NCBI GenBank assembly: GCA_004431415.1
Contig: QPMI01000416.1
Span: forward strand, 817,086-881,085
Source: Cyanophora paradoxa CCMP329
Taxonomy: Eukaryota; Plantae; Glaucophyta
Length of the DNA: 64,000 nucleotides
Direction of reading: 5' to 3'
A program made the position numbers and the translations under genes. Each line of letters begins with the position of its first letter. The first letter of the stretch is position 1. Under the pieces are notes generated by a model that was given only the letters and a program-made list of their open reading frames with translations, did not search any database and was not told the origin of the DNA. Positions 31,497 to 43,169 of this stretch are shown here, in pieces.

Positions 31497-33773
31497 TCAG
31501 TTTTCTCTTCGAAGGGGGGCGCGTGGGCGAGGGGCGCTACAGTATGGGGCTCTCGGTGGAGGGGGCCATATGCATGGCGAGGACGCCGGCCCCGAGGTCC
31601 GCGGGCGGCCCCTCGTCCGACGCGCGCCGGAAGACAGACGGCGGGTTTGTCTGCAGCTGCCGCCCCGAGCTGCCGCCCCCGGCGCCGCCGGCCGGGGCGA
31701 CGCCGGCGCCGGGGGAGGCGGGGGGCGCGGCCTCGTCGGAGGGGCGGCGGGGGTCGCGGGCGGAGAGCGGGGAGGGTGCGGGGGCCGGCGGCGGGCGAAC
31801 ATGTCCCGCAGCTCGTCGATGTCGTCGTCATTCACCGACACCGAGCTCCGCAGCGGGTCCGAGCGCCCCGGCCCGGCCGCCGGCGCCGACACGGCACGCA
31901 GTGCACGTGGCGAGGCGGCGCCGGCCTCGGCCGCCCCGCGCGCGGCCGCGAGCTCGGCCTCCAGCGCCGCCACGCGCGTCCTCGAGTCGCCGAGCTCCTC
32001 CTGCGGCGGCCGGCGCTCAGGGCCGGGGACGGGGGCGGGGCGGGGGCGCGGACGGCGAGGCGACGCCAGCCGGCCTCGAGGCGGGCCGACTCGTCCCGCC
32101 AGCGCGCCGCCTCCTCCCGCGCAAACGCCGCCTCCACCCGCGCCTGCCGCCCCGCACCCATCGGGCGGGGCGGTGCGGGCGGGGCGGGGCGGCGGGGGCG
32201 GCGAGGCGCACGTGCTTGAGCTCGGCGAGGAGGGTGCGCTTGCGGCACCACTGGTGCATGCGGGCGATGACGCGCGCGCGGTGGTGGTGCGCCTGCGCCC
32301 GCCGCTCGGCCCCCGCCGCCGCAGGGCGAGCGGGGTGCGGGGCCGGCACCTCCCGGTACTGCATGTGGCCCCGCAGGTCGGTCACCGTGTCCCCCTCCTC
32401 CGCCACCGCCTCCTCCTCCTCCTCCCCCGGCCCGCCCTCTCCGCGCGCGGCGCGGGGCGGGTGGGGGAGCGGGGCGTGCTGGTGGGGCGGGGGCGGGGGC
32501 AGGGCGGTGGGGGCCTGCTGGGCGGGGACGGTCTGGGGGCCGGGCCCGTAACGCCAGTAGATCTCGCCGGAGGGCCGGGCGACGGGGAGGCCGCCCCCGT
32601 CGTCCCCGTCGCCGTCGGCGACGTGCAGCGGGAGGCAGGCGTCGAAGGAGCCGCCCGCCTCGTCCGCCGGCGGCGCCCGCGGCACCAGCAGGTCGAAGCG
32701 CCCGTCCCGCACCACCACCGACAGGCCCTTGTTCACCGCGTCCTGCGCGCAGCGCTCGGCGGCCGCGGCAGCAGGCCGGGGCGCGGGGGGCGGGGGCGCG
32801 CCTGGCGAAGGCGCCAGGCCTCGAGCTCGTCGGCGAGGTCCTGGGTCTTGCAGTTCGCTTCCCGCAGCGCGTCGATCAGCTGCTGCACCTGCTGGTCCTT
32901 CGCCTCCCGCTCGTACCGCAGCAGCGCCACCTGCCGGCCCGCGCCCCCGGGTCGGCGCCCGCGGGGCGGCCCCGGCGGCGGGCGGCGCGCTCGCCTCTCG
33001 CCGCAGCGCGTCGGCCTCCTCCTCGCTCGAGTCGCCGCCGAGGACGCGCTTGAGGCTCCCAAAGAGGCCCTCGTCGGGGGGCGCCGCGGGGGCCGCCCCG
33101 GGCCCCGCCGTCGCCAGCAGCGACATGATCCCGTCCCCCTCGAAGTCGATCGCCGGCATCCCCTCCCCGTCCGAGTCCGAGTCCTCCCCCTCCCCCTCTT
33201 TCCTCCGTTGCCCTCCAGCACCCTCCGCGTGCCCGCTCCCGGCCGCCTCCTTGCCCTGCGACGCGCGCGCCGCGGAGAGCCCCTTGAGGCGGCGCCGCGC
33301 GTCCGCGAGCGCGCGGCGGGCCCACCGCTTTCGGCGAGCGCTTGAAAGATTGTCCTGGTATTACCGGCTGCGGTTTCTTCCCAGCTCTGTAAATTCCACG
33401 CGTTAGCTGGCCGCGGCAACCAGAATCCGAACTGGTCTAAACGAAACTGACATGCGCAGCGGCTCTCGTACCTTCGGTAAAGCATCTCTAGCGCCTCCGT
33501 GAGGCTCACGATGTGCTGCATTTTGGACTTGAGGACCTGCGGGCGCCAGTTAGCGCTCGCGGTTGATTCCCTTCCGGCGGCGTTGCTGTCGCGGACCTCT
33601 TCGAGTGATGAAAGTATCTTCTTTTGCATGTCCATGCGCGACTGGTAGTCCTTCTGCAGCATCGCCATCTCGCGCTCGTATTTCAACCGGAGCTCGGCAT
33701 CGTCAGGCGGCTCCGGTTGAAGGTCGCGCGGAAAGGGCTCAGGCGCCGCTCCGCGAGGTGAGCGCACGTCCAT
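31497..33773 (-). CDS. Hypothetical coiled-coil protein
   Basis: Exon-like segments LRLKYEREMAMLQKDYQSRM, ALLRYEREAKDQQVQQLIDALREAN, HRARVIARMHQWCRKRTLLAELKH separated by short introns; ends approximate. Confidence 0.55.
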
Positions 33774-33840
33774 ACCGCCGCGAACCAGACCGAAGGCGCC
33801 AAGCGGGGGTACGCGCGTCAGTCCTCCCCCGACCAAAGCG

Positions 33841-35470
33841 ATGGGGTTCGCGGCCGCTTCAGCTCCCGTTACTTGGTCGCGAGCTCACTTCGCTCTTCGC
33901 AGTGTCGTTCAGAGCATCGTCGCCTCGATCAAGACCCTCCAGTTCGGTGGTGCGTCCAGGCGGCAGTTTCTCTGCACTTTCGCCCCTTAGCAGGCGATCG
34001 AATGTACACACATTGACGCTTGGACGAAATACCGGCACCTCCTCCCGGCCGGAAAACTGGCGGCTAACTGAAACGGTTGCGCTCCAGGCGAGTCGGCGGA
34101 CTCCGTCGACGCCGCGCTCCAGCTGCTCGACTACGCTAAGGACGGTGAGTTCGACTCTGCTGCGCCCAGTCTGTCCGCCAGCGTGGTCGAACCGACCAGC
34201 GTGGTCCTGTTTGATTTGTCACCGACTCCGGCCGGCAGACGATGTCCGCCACCTCATCATCGAGCAGGGTGGCCTGCCGGGTGCGTTGATTCGTTTGCGA
34301 ATGCAGCAAAGGGCGCCGCCGACGGTCTGGGCCCCTCGGCAGTCATCGTGAACAAGCTGGGAAGCTCGAGCCCCGAGCTGCAGTCGCTGGCCGCCTCCAT
34401 CATCCTCAACCTCGCCATCGACCGTGCGCCGCGGCCCGCTTCGTGCCCCTCCCGGCGCCCCCCGAGACGCCCCGCAGCGCACCTCCGCGACATCGTCGGC
34501 GAGGAGGCCGGCTGCATCCCGCGCCTCTCCGAGCGTCCGTCCCGCCCGCCCGCGGCGCCACGCCTTCGCTCATCGTGATCCGGCCCCGCCTGCAGTGCTG
34601 GACACCCGCTACAGCCAGCTCCACTCGGAGCTCGACCTGCCCCCGATCCTCGAGGCGTCGGTCCGTCCGCCCGGCCCCCGCTTCCTTTTCCGTCCTCTCT
34701 CTGCAACTCACCCTTCGTTCGCAGACGGGTGCCATCCAGAACCTCGCTGCCACCGACCCGACCCAGAAGAGTGCGCCTTCCCCGCGGCGGGGGGCGCGGC
34801 GGGGCTGGCCGCGGCCGACGGCGGCGCAGACGTCCGCAAGGACCGGCGCCTGGCGATCGCGGACGCGGGTGCGGTGCCGAAGCTGGCGGCGGTGCTCTCC
34901 TCGCCGGCCGTCACCGCCGACGTCAAGAAGTCCGCCCTCTGGGGCCTCTGCAACCTCGCCACCAACGGTTCCGCCCCGCCCCCGCCCCGCCGCCCGCCGC
35001 CGGACGATGCCGAAGGGGCGCTGCAGAGCGCATCGCGCGGACGATCGAGGACCGGTACCTGGACCCGATCATGAAGATCCTGGGGGGCGACGTCGGCTCC
35101 TCGGAGGGCGCGATGCTCGACCGCCGCGAGGTCCAGAACATCCAGTCCGTCGCCCTCTTCGCCGTGCGCCCCGCCCCCCCCCGCCCCGCCCCGCCACGGC
35201 CGAGCCGAGCCGAGCCGAGCCGGGGCGGCGGGCGGCAGGTGAACAACGCGCTCTCTGGCGGCTCGCGCGGCGGGCGCCTCCGCCAGAACGCCCGCGCCTA
35301 CGCGGCCGTCCAGGAGCTCTCCCAGTCCCCGCTCGAGAACGTCCGCAAGGGTGCGGCCCGCCCACGCCCTCGCCTCCCTGCCCCGTCGCCTGCCCGTCCC
35401 CTTCGTGGCCTGGAGGCAGCTGATGCCGCCCTCCGCAGTCGCCTTTGACGTCATCCGCAAGTCCGGCTAA
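33841..35470 (+). CDS. Armadillo-repeat protein
   Basis: LQSLAASIILNLA, TGAIQNLAA, AIADAGAVPKLAAVL..KSALWGLCNLATN; stop TAA at 35468-35470; start uncertain. Confidence 0.72.
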
Positions 35471-35775
35471 GCTCGCCCAGCACGCGGGGCCGCGGGGTCG
35501 GCCCGCCGTGCGCGACCATCCTGTAGAGTGTAGCGTGTCGCACGTTTGCAATGTGCGGAATCAAGCTGTAGTACTGGAATTTCTTGCTCGTCAGCGTGGG
35601 CTTTGGGTCGCCGGGATCTATTGACGGCCTACTTGACGGCGCTTAGTCGGTCAGAGGTACACGTTCAAAAGTCGGCTGCCGCTGCCGGCCGCGCTCGCAT
35701 TCGAGGCGCGTCAGGCGAGCATCTTAGAAGAGGGACAGTCGTTGACGATTGCACGCGCCAGCGCGCGGAACGAGA

Positions 35776-38700
35776 ATGGCAGCGCCGGGCGGCTGGCCGG
35801 CGCCCGCTGTCTCGGACGGCGACTCTCAAGGTGAGCGCGTGAATCAACTGCACATGTTCTTCCGCGCGCGTTTAAAGCTGCCCACTTGACGTGAGCGGCG
35901 CTGACTGCTGCGCCGCCGACGTCCACGCAGACCTGAGCGAGGATTCGGAGGCGAGCGAGGCTTCTGAGGACCTGTCTGACGACGAGAAGTTACTCGCCGC
36001 GGCGCGTGCTCGCGCCGCCGGACAGGCGGCGGCAGCAGTTCGGCCCCTTCCGCCGGCCTTGGCACGGACCGCGCCGGCAGCTGCTGCCCCGGCGATTGCC
36101 CCGCCATCTCTCGGTCTCCCCACCGCTTTCCACGGCTTCGGCGCGGACTTGCCCGTGAGCGGCCCGTCGGCCGGACGAGGCGCTCAGAAGAAGCGTCGCG
36201 GCGGCGCAGCCGGTGGCGCGGCAGGCGCAGCGCCGCGCGTCCGCGCCCCTAAGAAGCCTCGGGTCGCGGCGAGCACCGCGGCCGCGTCGGGCGTGGCGGC
36301 TGTTTCTGCGGGCGCGCCCTCCTCGGGGCCCAGCTCCCTCATTCGCCAGATGCCGGCCGACCACGGCCCCACGGCCGCCTCCTCCTCCTCCGCCACCATA
36401 CCGCCTCCCATCTCTGGCTTCGGTTCGTCCGCAGGGGCCGCCCATGCGAAGCCGGGGGCGAAGGCGAAGGCGACGACGGGGAGCGAGGAGAGCGACGAGG
36501 AGGAGAGCTCTGGCGGACTGGAGATCGACGAGGGCGACGCCGGCCAGGACGGGGCGCCCTCCCACCACGCCGACGCATCCGCCGCTACCGCCGCCGCCGC
36601 CGCCGCCGGCGCGGCTTTCGAGGAGGAAGAGGAGGTGGTCGACGAGGGCGCGGTGGCCGCCGTGCAGGTCCCCCCCCGCCCTCTCCCCTCTTTCCATTTC
36701 TTTTCTGACGTGCTCTTGCAGGGCCTCTTCAGCGCCGCCGACGCCGGCGCGCCGGCCGCTGCCGGTGCCGGTGCGCCCCCGCCGGCGAAGAAGAAGCGCG
36801 TGCGGCCGCCCGGGGGCAAGCTCAGCGAGGAGGCCAAGCTCGCGAAGCAGGTGCCGAGGGGCGGGCGGCGGGTGAGGGAGCGGGGCGCTGAGGGCGGCGG
36901 GCAGATCGCGCGTGAGGAGGAGCGGCTGCGGAAGGCGCACGAGGCGGAGCGGCAGAAGGAGGAGCGCCGCCTCGCCCGCGAGCTCGAGCGGGCGCGCTCC
37001 CCGCCCCCCGCCGGCCCCCCGCCGGCCCGCTGCCGCCCGACGCGGCCCCGCAGGAGCGCCTCCGGGCGGAGAAGGCGGCGGAGAAGGAGAGGATGAGGCT
37101 CGCCCCGTCGCCGCGCTGCCCGCGGGGCCGCCGCTGAGCCGGCCGCGCAGGGCGGAGAAGAAGGCCGAGCTCGAGCGCCTCAAGGCGGAGAAGGCGGCGG
37201 AGAAGGCGGCGCGGGACGCCGAGAAGGGCGGCAAGAGCAAGAAGCGGGCGTCGGCGGGGCGTCGGGGGGCGAGGGGAGGGGCCGGCGGCGGCGGCGGGCC
37301 CGTCGCGGTCGTCGAGCCGGCCGCGGGCGCCCAAGGCGCGGCCCGACGCGGCCGGGGAGGAGGAGCTCGAGGAGCGCCCCGCCGCCCCGCGCGCCCCCAA
37401 GCTTCCCAAGCACGCCAAGCCCAAGCCGCCAAGGCCCCCGCCGAGGCTGCCGACGCGGCCGAGGGCGGGGCGGAGGCGGAGGGCGGGGAGGGAAGGCGCC
37501 TGCGCCGGTGCGGGCGGCGAAGCGGGCGCTGGAGGCGGAGGAGGTGGAGGCCCTGCCGGGGCGGCCGCCCCTCGAGCGCGACTTCGCCCTCCCGACGAGC
37601 TCGTCGGTCCGCCGGCCCCCGCCCGCCCCGCCTCGCCACGCCTCCCCGGCCCACCGCGGGGGCGCGGCGCAGGGGACGCCCTCCTCATCCACGACTTCGT
37701 CGCCTCGTTCGCCGCCACGCTGCCCCTCCCCAAGTCCGCCCCGCCCCGCGCCGCCCCTCGCGCGGCCGGGCTTAGGGCGGGGCAGCCCGCCGTCGTTCGG
37801 GGCGCTGCAGCGGGCGCTGCTGTCGCCGGCGGAGTGGGAGGCGGAGGGGGCGCTGGGGCGGCTGCACGTGGCGCTGCTGGCGCGGGTGCAGGTGGAGGAG
37901 CGGCAGGCGAGCAAGGAGTCGGAGGAGGCCGGCACCGGCGCCTTCCACGCCCTCGTGCCCCACGCCTTCCGCGTCCCCGCCGCGTGGACCACGGAGGCGC
38001 GCCGCGACATCACCGGCAGCTTCGTCGGACACACCCTCGTCGCCCCCGACGCCTCCCGCTTCCGCACCCTCGAGGCGCGCGCACCGCCGCCCCGCCCCGC
38101 CCGCCGCCCCCGACGGCCGCGCAGCTCGCCTTCGAGTACATGTACCCCATCCTGCCGCGGGAGCCGGCGCCGCAGCCGATCTTCGCGAACAAGGACGAGG
38201 AGCTGACCCTCCTCCGCTGGATGCACAAGCTCTTCCGCGTCCGCCCCGCCCCGCCCCGCCCCGCCCCGCCCCGCACTGAGGCCCCGCCCCGGGCCGCAGC
38301 TGACGCCGGTGGACGAGGAGAACTGGCCCGAGATCCTCCGCTACCACCTCCTCCTCTCCTCGTCCGCCCCCGCCCCGCCCCCCGCCCCCTCCCCTCGCCC
38401 CTTCCCACGCCCCCGCCCAGGCGCTGGCAGATGGGCGCCCCCGGGCGCCGGCGGCACCACTCGGGGAAGCGGGACCGCCGCCGCAAGGCGCCCCGCCCCA
38501 CCGTCTACCAGGGGCCGGCCCCTGCCCTCCCCCCGGCCCCCGCCCTCCCGCCCGCACCCGCCCTCCCTCCGCCAGCGCCCCGACCGCGCCGGGGACGCCG
38601 ATGGGCCCGCCGCCGCCGCGCTCGCCGCGGGTCTCGGGCGGAGGGACGCCCCGGGGCTCCCCCTCGCCTCCCTCCCCGGCGGCGACGCCCTCGGCCGGGG

Positions 38701-41182
38701 CGGGCAGGCGGGGAGCCCGCCGGGGCGCAAGCCCCCGGCGCGGGGACGCCCGGAGAGACCGCCGCCGAGCAGCGCGCGGAGGAGGCGGCGGCCGAGTGGG
38801 AGGGCGAGGCGGCGGCGTCGGGGCGGCTGGCGGAGGCGGCGCGGGCGCTGGGGGCGGGGGGATACGCGGGGGTGGGCCCGGGGGAGCGGGTGGCGTGCCT
38901 GCGGCACCTGCTCGACGAGGCGCTGGAGCTCGAGTCGTTCCGGAGCCACGCGGAGAGCCTGCAGGGGCTCGAGAAGGGCCTCCGGCACGCCGTCGCGGAG
39001 GAGGGCCGGCGGCGCCGCGACCTCCTCCGCCTCAAGCAGCAGGCCAAGGAGACCCTCCGCGCCATCCAGGCCCGCCCCCGCACCCCGCGCCCCGCCACCG
39101 CGCCCCCCGCCCTCACCCCGCCCCGCGCAGGCGCGGGACGCGAACCCGGGGGAGGGCGCCCCCGCCCCGGAGCTTGTCATCCCACCCGACGTCACGGGTG
39201 TGCCCCCGCCCTCCCCGCCCCGCCGGCCCCGGGGCGCTGCGGTGACGGGGCCGGCAGCGGAGTCGGTGCAGGGGGAGATCGAGGGGTACGAGCGTGAGAT
39301 GGCGGAGTGCGGGCGGCGGCAGCGGGAGGCGGCGGAGCAGGCGGAGCGCTGCGTGCCCCGCACGGAGCCCCTCGGCACCGACCGCCGCCACGCCCGCTAC
39401 TGGCTCCTCCACGGCTGGGCCGGCGGCGGCCTCTTCCCCCTCTCCCACCCCGCCGCCCTCCCCGCCGTCCACGACTCCTTCGCCCGCGCCGGCGCCTCCG
39501 GCCGCTGCATCCTCTACGTGCAGGCGCGCCCCCCCCCGGCCCCGCGCGGCGGCCCTGAGGCGCTGGCGCAGGAGGTGCTGGCGGACGGCGGAGAGCGCTG
39601 GAGCTACGTCGCCGATTCCGAGCAGTTCGCCGCCCTCCTGGCGCGCCGCCCCGCCCCGCCCGCCCCGCCCTGCCCGCTTCCCGCCCCGCCTAACGGGGCG
39701 CAGGCGTGGCTGCACCCGCGCATCCCCTGCGAGGCGCGCCTGCGGGAGGCCCTCCGCGCCTCCAAGCCGGCCATCACGCAGGGCCTCGAGGCGCGCCCCC
39801 GCCCGCCCCGCCCCGCCCTGCCCCGCCGCGCCCGAGCGCGGGGCAGGGGATCGAGGCGGCGCGGCGGGCGCTGATCGCGCACGCCGAGGCGCGCGCGGCG
39901 GGCGGGGTGGAGGCGCCCGAGGGCGACGAGCCGGCGAAGAAGTCGAAGGCCTCGCGGCCGCCGCTGGAGCGGCTGCGGGCGCGCCTTCTCGCCCTCGAGA
40001 AGCGCCTCTGCGGGGGCAAGGGCCGCCCCGACGCCGCCCGCTTCTGGACCGTCTCAGACGGCGCCGCCTGGGTGCGCCGGCCGGCCCCCCGCAGCGGCGC
40101 CACCTTCCCGGGGGCGGCTCACGCTGGGCAGAGCGCGGGGGTGAAGGGGGCGGGGACGGCGGAGCAGCTGGCGGGGAGCCTGCTCGTCCTCGAGCACCAG
40201 ATCGCCGTGGGCGACCTGGTGCGCCGCCCCCGCCCCGCCCGCCCGCACTGCCCCGCGCGGCCTGACGCGGGGTGGGCGGGGCGGGCAGCGGGGCGACGAG
40301 CGGTCGCAGATGTCGTGGGCGCCCGTGCAGGCGGACCTCTGGCGGCGCGCCGCGCACAAGGCCCGCACCGTCGCCCAGGTCGCCCTCTTCCTCGCCGCCC
40401 TCGAGGCCGGCATGGTCCGCCCCGCGCCGCGCCGCGCCGCGCCGCCCGGCTGCGCTGCGGGGAGCACGTGGCCGGCCTCACGCCGGCGCAGGTCTCCTCG
40501 TCGAGCGCGAAGAAGGCGCGGCCCTCGGGGCGCCCGGCGCGGGGGCCGCCGCGGGGCCCGCCCTGCGCCGCTCGGAGCGCTCCCGCCACGACGCCCCCGT
40601 GCCGCTTGCGCACGGGGCCCCGGCTCCGACCCTCCCCCCCGCCTCCTCCTCCCGCCTCTCGTCGGGGGCCGCCGAGGCGAGCGCCCCGAAAGCGGCGAAG
40701 GGGGCGACAGCGGGGGCGGGCGCGCCGCCCCTGATGGTGAGCCTCCCCGACGGCTCCCAGGTCCAGGTCAAGGCGCGCACGGCGCACGCAGAGCCGCCCG
40801 CCTCCCGCCCGCCCCGACGCCCCTCCCAGGTGGGCGACCTCGTCGCCATCTCGGGCTACGGCCGCGGCGGCCAGTGGCGCTCCCAGGAGTACGAGCTGAA
40901 GGCGCGAGCGCCGTACCGCGTTCGGCCGCGTCGCGGGGCGGAGCGGCGCCTGACGCTGCGGCGCGCCGCGGGCAGGTGACCAAGGTGCACGGCTCGCTCG
41001 GAACATTCGATGCGGCGGCCTTACCGAAATACGGCAAGGTCCGCCCCGCCCCCGCCCCCGCCCCGGCCCCGGGCGCCGACGCCTCCCCTTCGCTCCCGCC
41101 GGCGCAGTGGTACATGGAGCAGGAGCCGGTGGTGAACATCGTGCGCGTGGGGCCCAAGAAGGCCGCCCCCGCTCAGGAGTGA
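35776..41182 (+). CDS. DDT-WHIM1-WSD domain protein (BAZ/RLT/Itc1-like ISWI partner)
   Basis: DALLIHDFVASFAATL..SFGALQRALL..LHVALL (DDT), NWPEILR, ERVACLRHLLDEAL (WHIM1), RTEPLGTDRRHARYW (WSD), WSYV..LHPRIPCEARLREAL. Confidence 0.78.
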
Positions 41183-41549
41183 CTCGGGCGCTCTAGTCCC
41201 ACGGCCTCGTCAATGAAATCGATTATCGGATCGCTGCGCTTCGACGGTGGGCCCCAGGTGGGATCTGGGTTGCAAGTGTGCCCAGCTGCAGGGAAATGGG
41301 ACGAGCCGGGCATGGCAGAAGAGATGGCCACTGTACTGAAGTCACACCCAGACAACCCCAAAATGAACAGAAACGAACAGAAAGTTACACAAGCACGGGA
41401 AGCATTAGCGCGCAATCGCGCGACGGCATTCTGGGCCGGTGGACTCGAGGGCGTCCGGCCCGCGGATCCGGCTGTGACTCGGATCCCGCATGGAGGGAGG
41501 AGAAATAGGAAGCGAAAGAAGGAGAAAGAGAGGCTCTACATCGACAAAT

Positions 41550-42507
41550 CTACATGTGGGTCTTGAGGTGGGTCATGAGGGTCTCCTTGGTGGTCCCTGC
41601 CAGGCGCCGAGCAGGTCAGCGCGACCGCTGGGGGAACGGCGCACGTCAGCGACGAGGACGGCCTCGCACCGCCAACGACAGTCTCCTTAACCTCGGCGTC
41701 CTTGAAGATGCCGATCCACGGGATGGAGCGCACGTTGTACCGGCTCGCCACGGACGGGCACTGCGAGACGCCGTGAGGCCGCGGCGGGTAGGAAAACACA
41801 GAAAAGAGGCACCTCGTCGAGGTCAAGCTTAACAATCTGTGGCGCGGGGACAACCGCCGCTCAGGACCGCAGCTGAAAACCAGAACGAGAACGCTCGGAC
41901 CTTGAGCTTGTCAGCGGGGATCTCGCCGGCAATCTCGTCAACGATCGCGGTCACGATCTTGCAAGGGCCTGCTCGCAGGGCCCGCTGTCAGATGGCGAAA
42001 CGGTCCTGCAACCTCGTGTGATTGCGCACCACACCACTTAGCGGACTGCGGGCGACGAGGGCGTACGTTAGCGGAATCGAAACTGGACGTAGATACTGAG
42101 GCGTACCATGTACACGAGGTGGGCCTTGCCGCCCATGCTGCCGCCAAGGACCGTCTCTGCAAAATCGCAATCATCGATGATCAGCCAGTGCGAGGGGCAT
42201 TCCTGGCGCGCAGGGAGGCTTCCAAAAACTCTTTGAATAAATCCTACGTATACGCACCGTCGAAGTCAGCCTCGCTGACCTCGGTGATGGCAGCGAAGAC
42301 GGCGGGAACGGCGGGCGCCGTCGCCGAGGCCGCCGTCACGAACTTCCGCGAGGAAACGAACGAGGGAGCGACGGCCGAGCCGAGGAACTCGGCGCGCTGA
42401 ACGCGGCCGCTGCGGGCCTGTGCGGGCACCTGGCTGGACGACGCGACTCGGGGAGCGACGGGAGCCCGAGCGGCGGTGAAAACAGGTGCAGAGCAGACGT
42501 ACGCCAT
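41550..42507 (-). CDS. Plastid thioredoxin (m/x-like) with transit peptide
   Basis: MAYVCSAPV.. Ser/Ala-rich presequence; spliced SAKWCGPCKIV, KIVKLDLDECPSVASRYNVRSIP. Confidence 0.88.
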
Positions 42508-43169
42508 GGCTAAGGCTGGTGTTTCGAATTCGCGTCGAGCTCGAGGCGGCCGACTCCTAATTGCTTGGGGGTACGCACGGCGATCCCTTTTTAACGGGAG
42601 GGGGGAAGAAGCCGGCACACGCTCGCCCCGGCGGACTCCCGAGTCTCGATCTCGCGATCGACCCAATCCGATGATCTAGATCTAGAGTCCGAAGCTAAGC
42701 CTAATACTACTAGTAGGCGTATCGCTCAGCGGCTAGCGCTCATAAGCTAGCTCGGACAGATCTAGATCTTGACGGACTTGGTCCGCGCGCGTGCACTGGT
42801 ACTAGTAGTACTAGTACTGCGGCTACTGCACTGCGGCTACCACGTTGGCAGCTCAAAAGAAACCCTCGATTGCGACATGTACAGCTACGAACGCGCTCGA
42901 GGCCTTTCTCACATGTACACGGAACTATGGCGAGCTCGAGCTCCGCCGCAATCTCGGGCTTGGATGGGATAGGACGGCAAAGGGGAAGGGGCGACGAGGA
43001 CAAGGGATCAGGGCGCCGGGCCGGAGGGCGGGGCGGGCCGGGCGGGTCGGCGGGCGGGGGGATGTGCGGCCGGGTGTAAAGGGGGGGCGGTTCGGGAGGG
43101 GACGGGGGAGGCGGGGCGCGCGGTGGAGGAGACGGTCGGCGTCCGGGTCCCGAAGGGGCCCGCAGCCGT

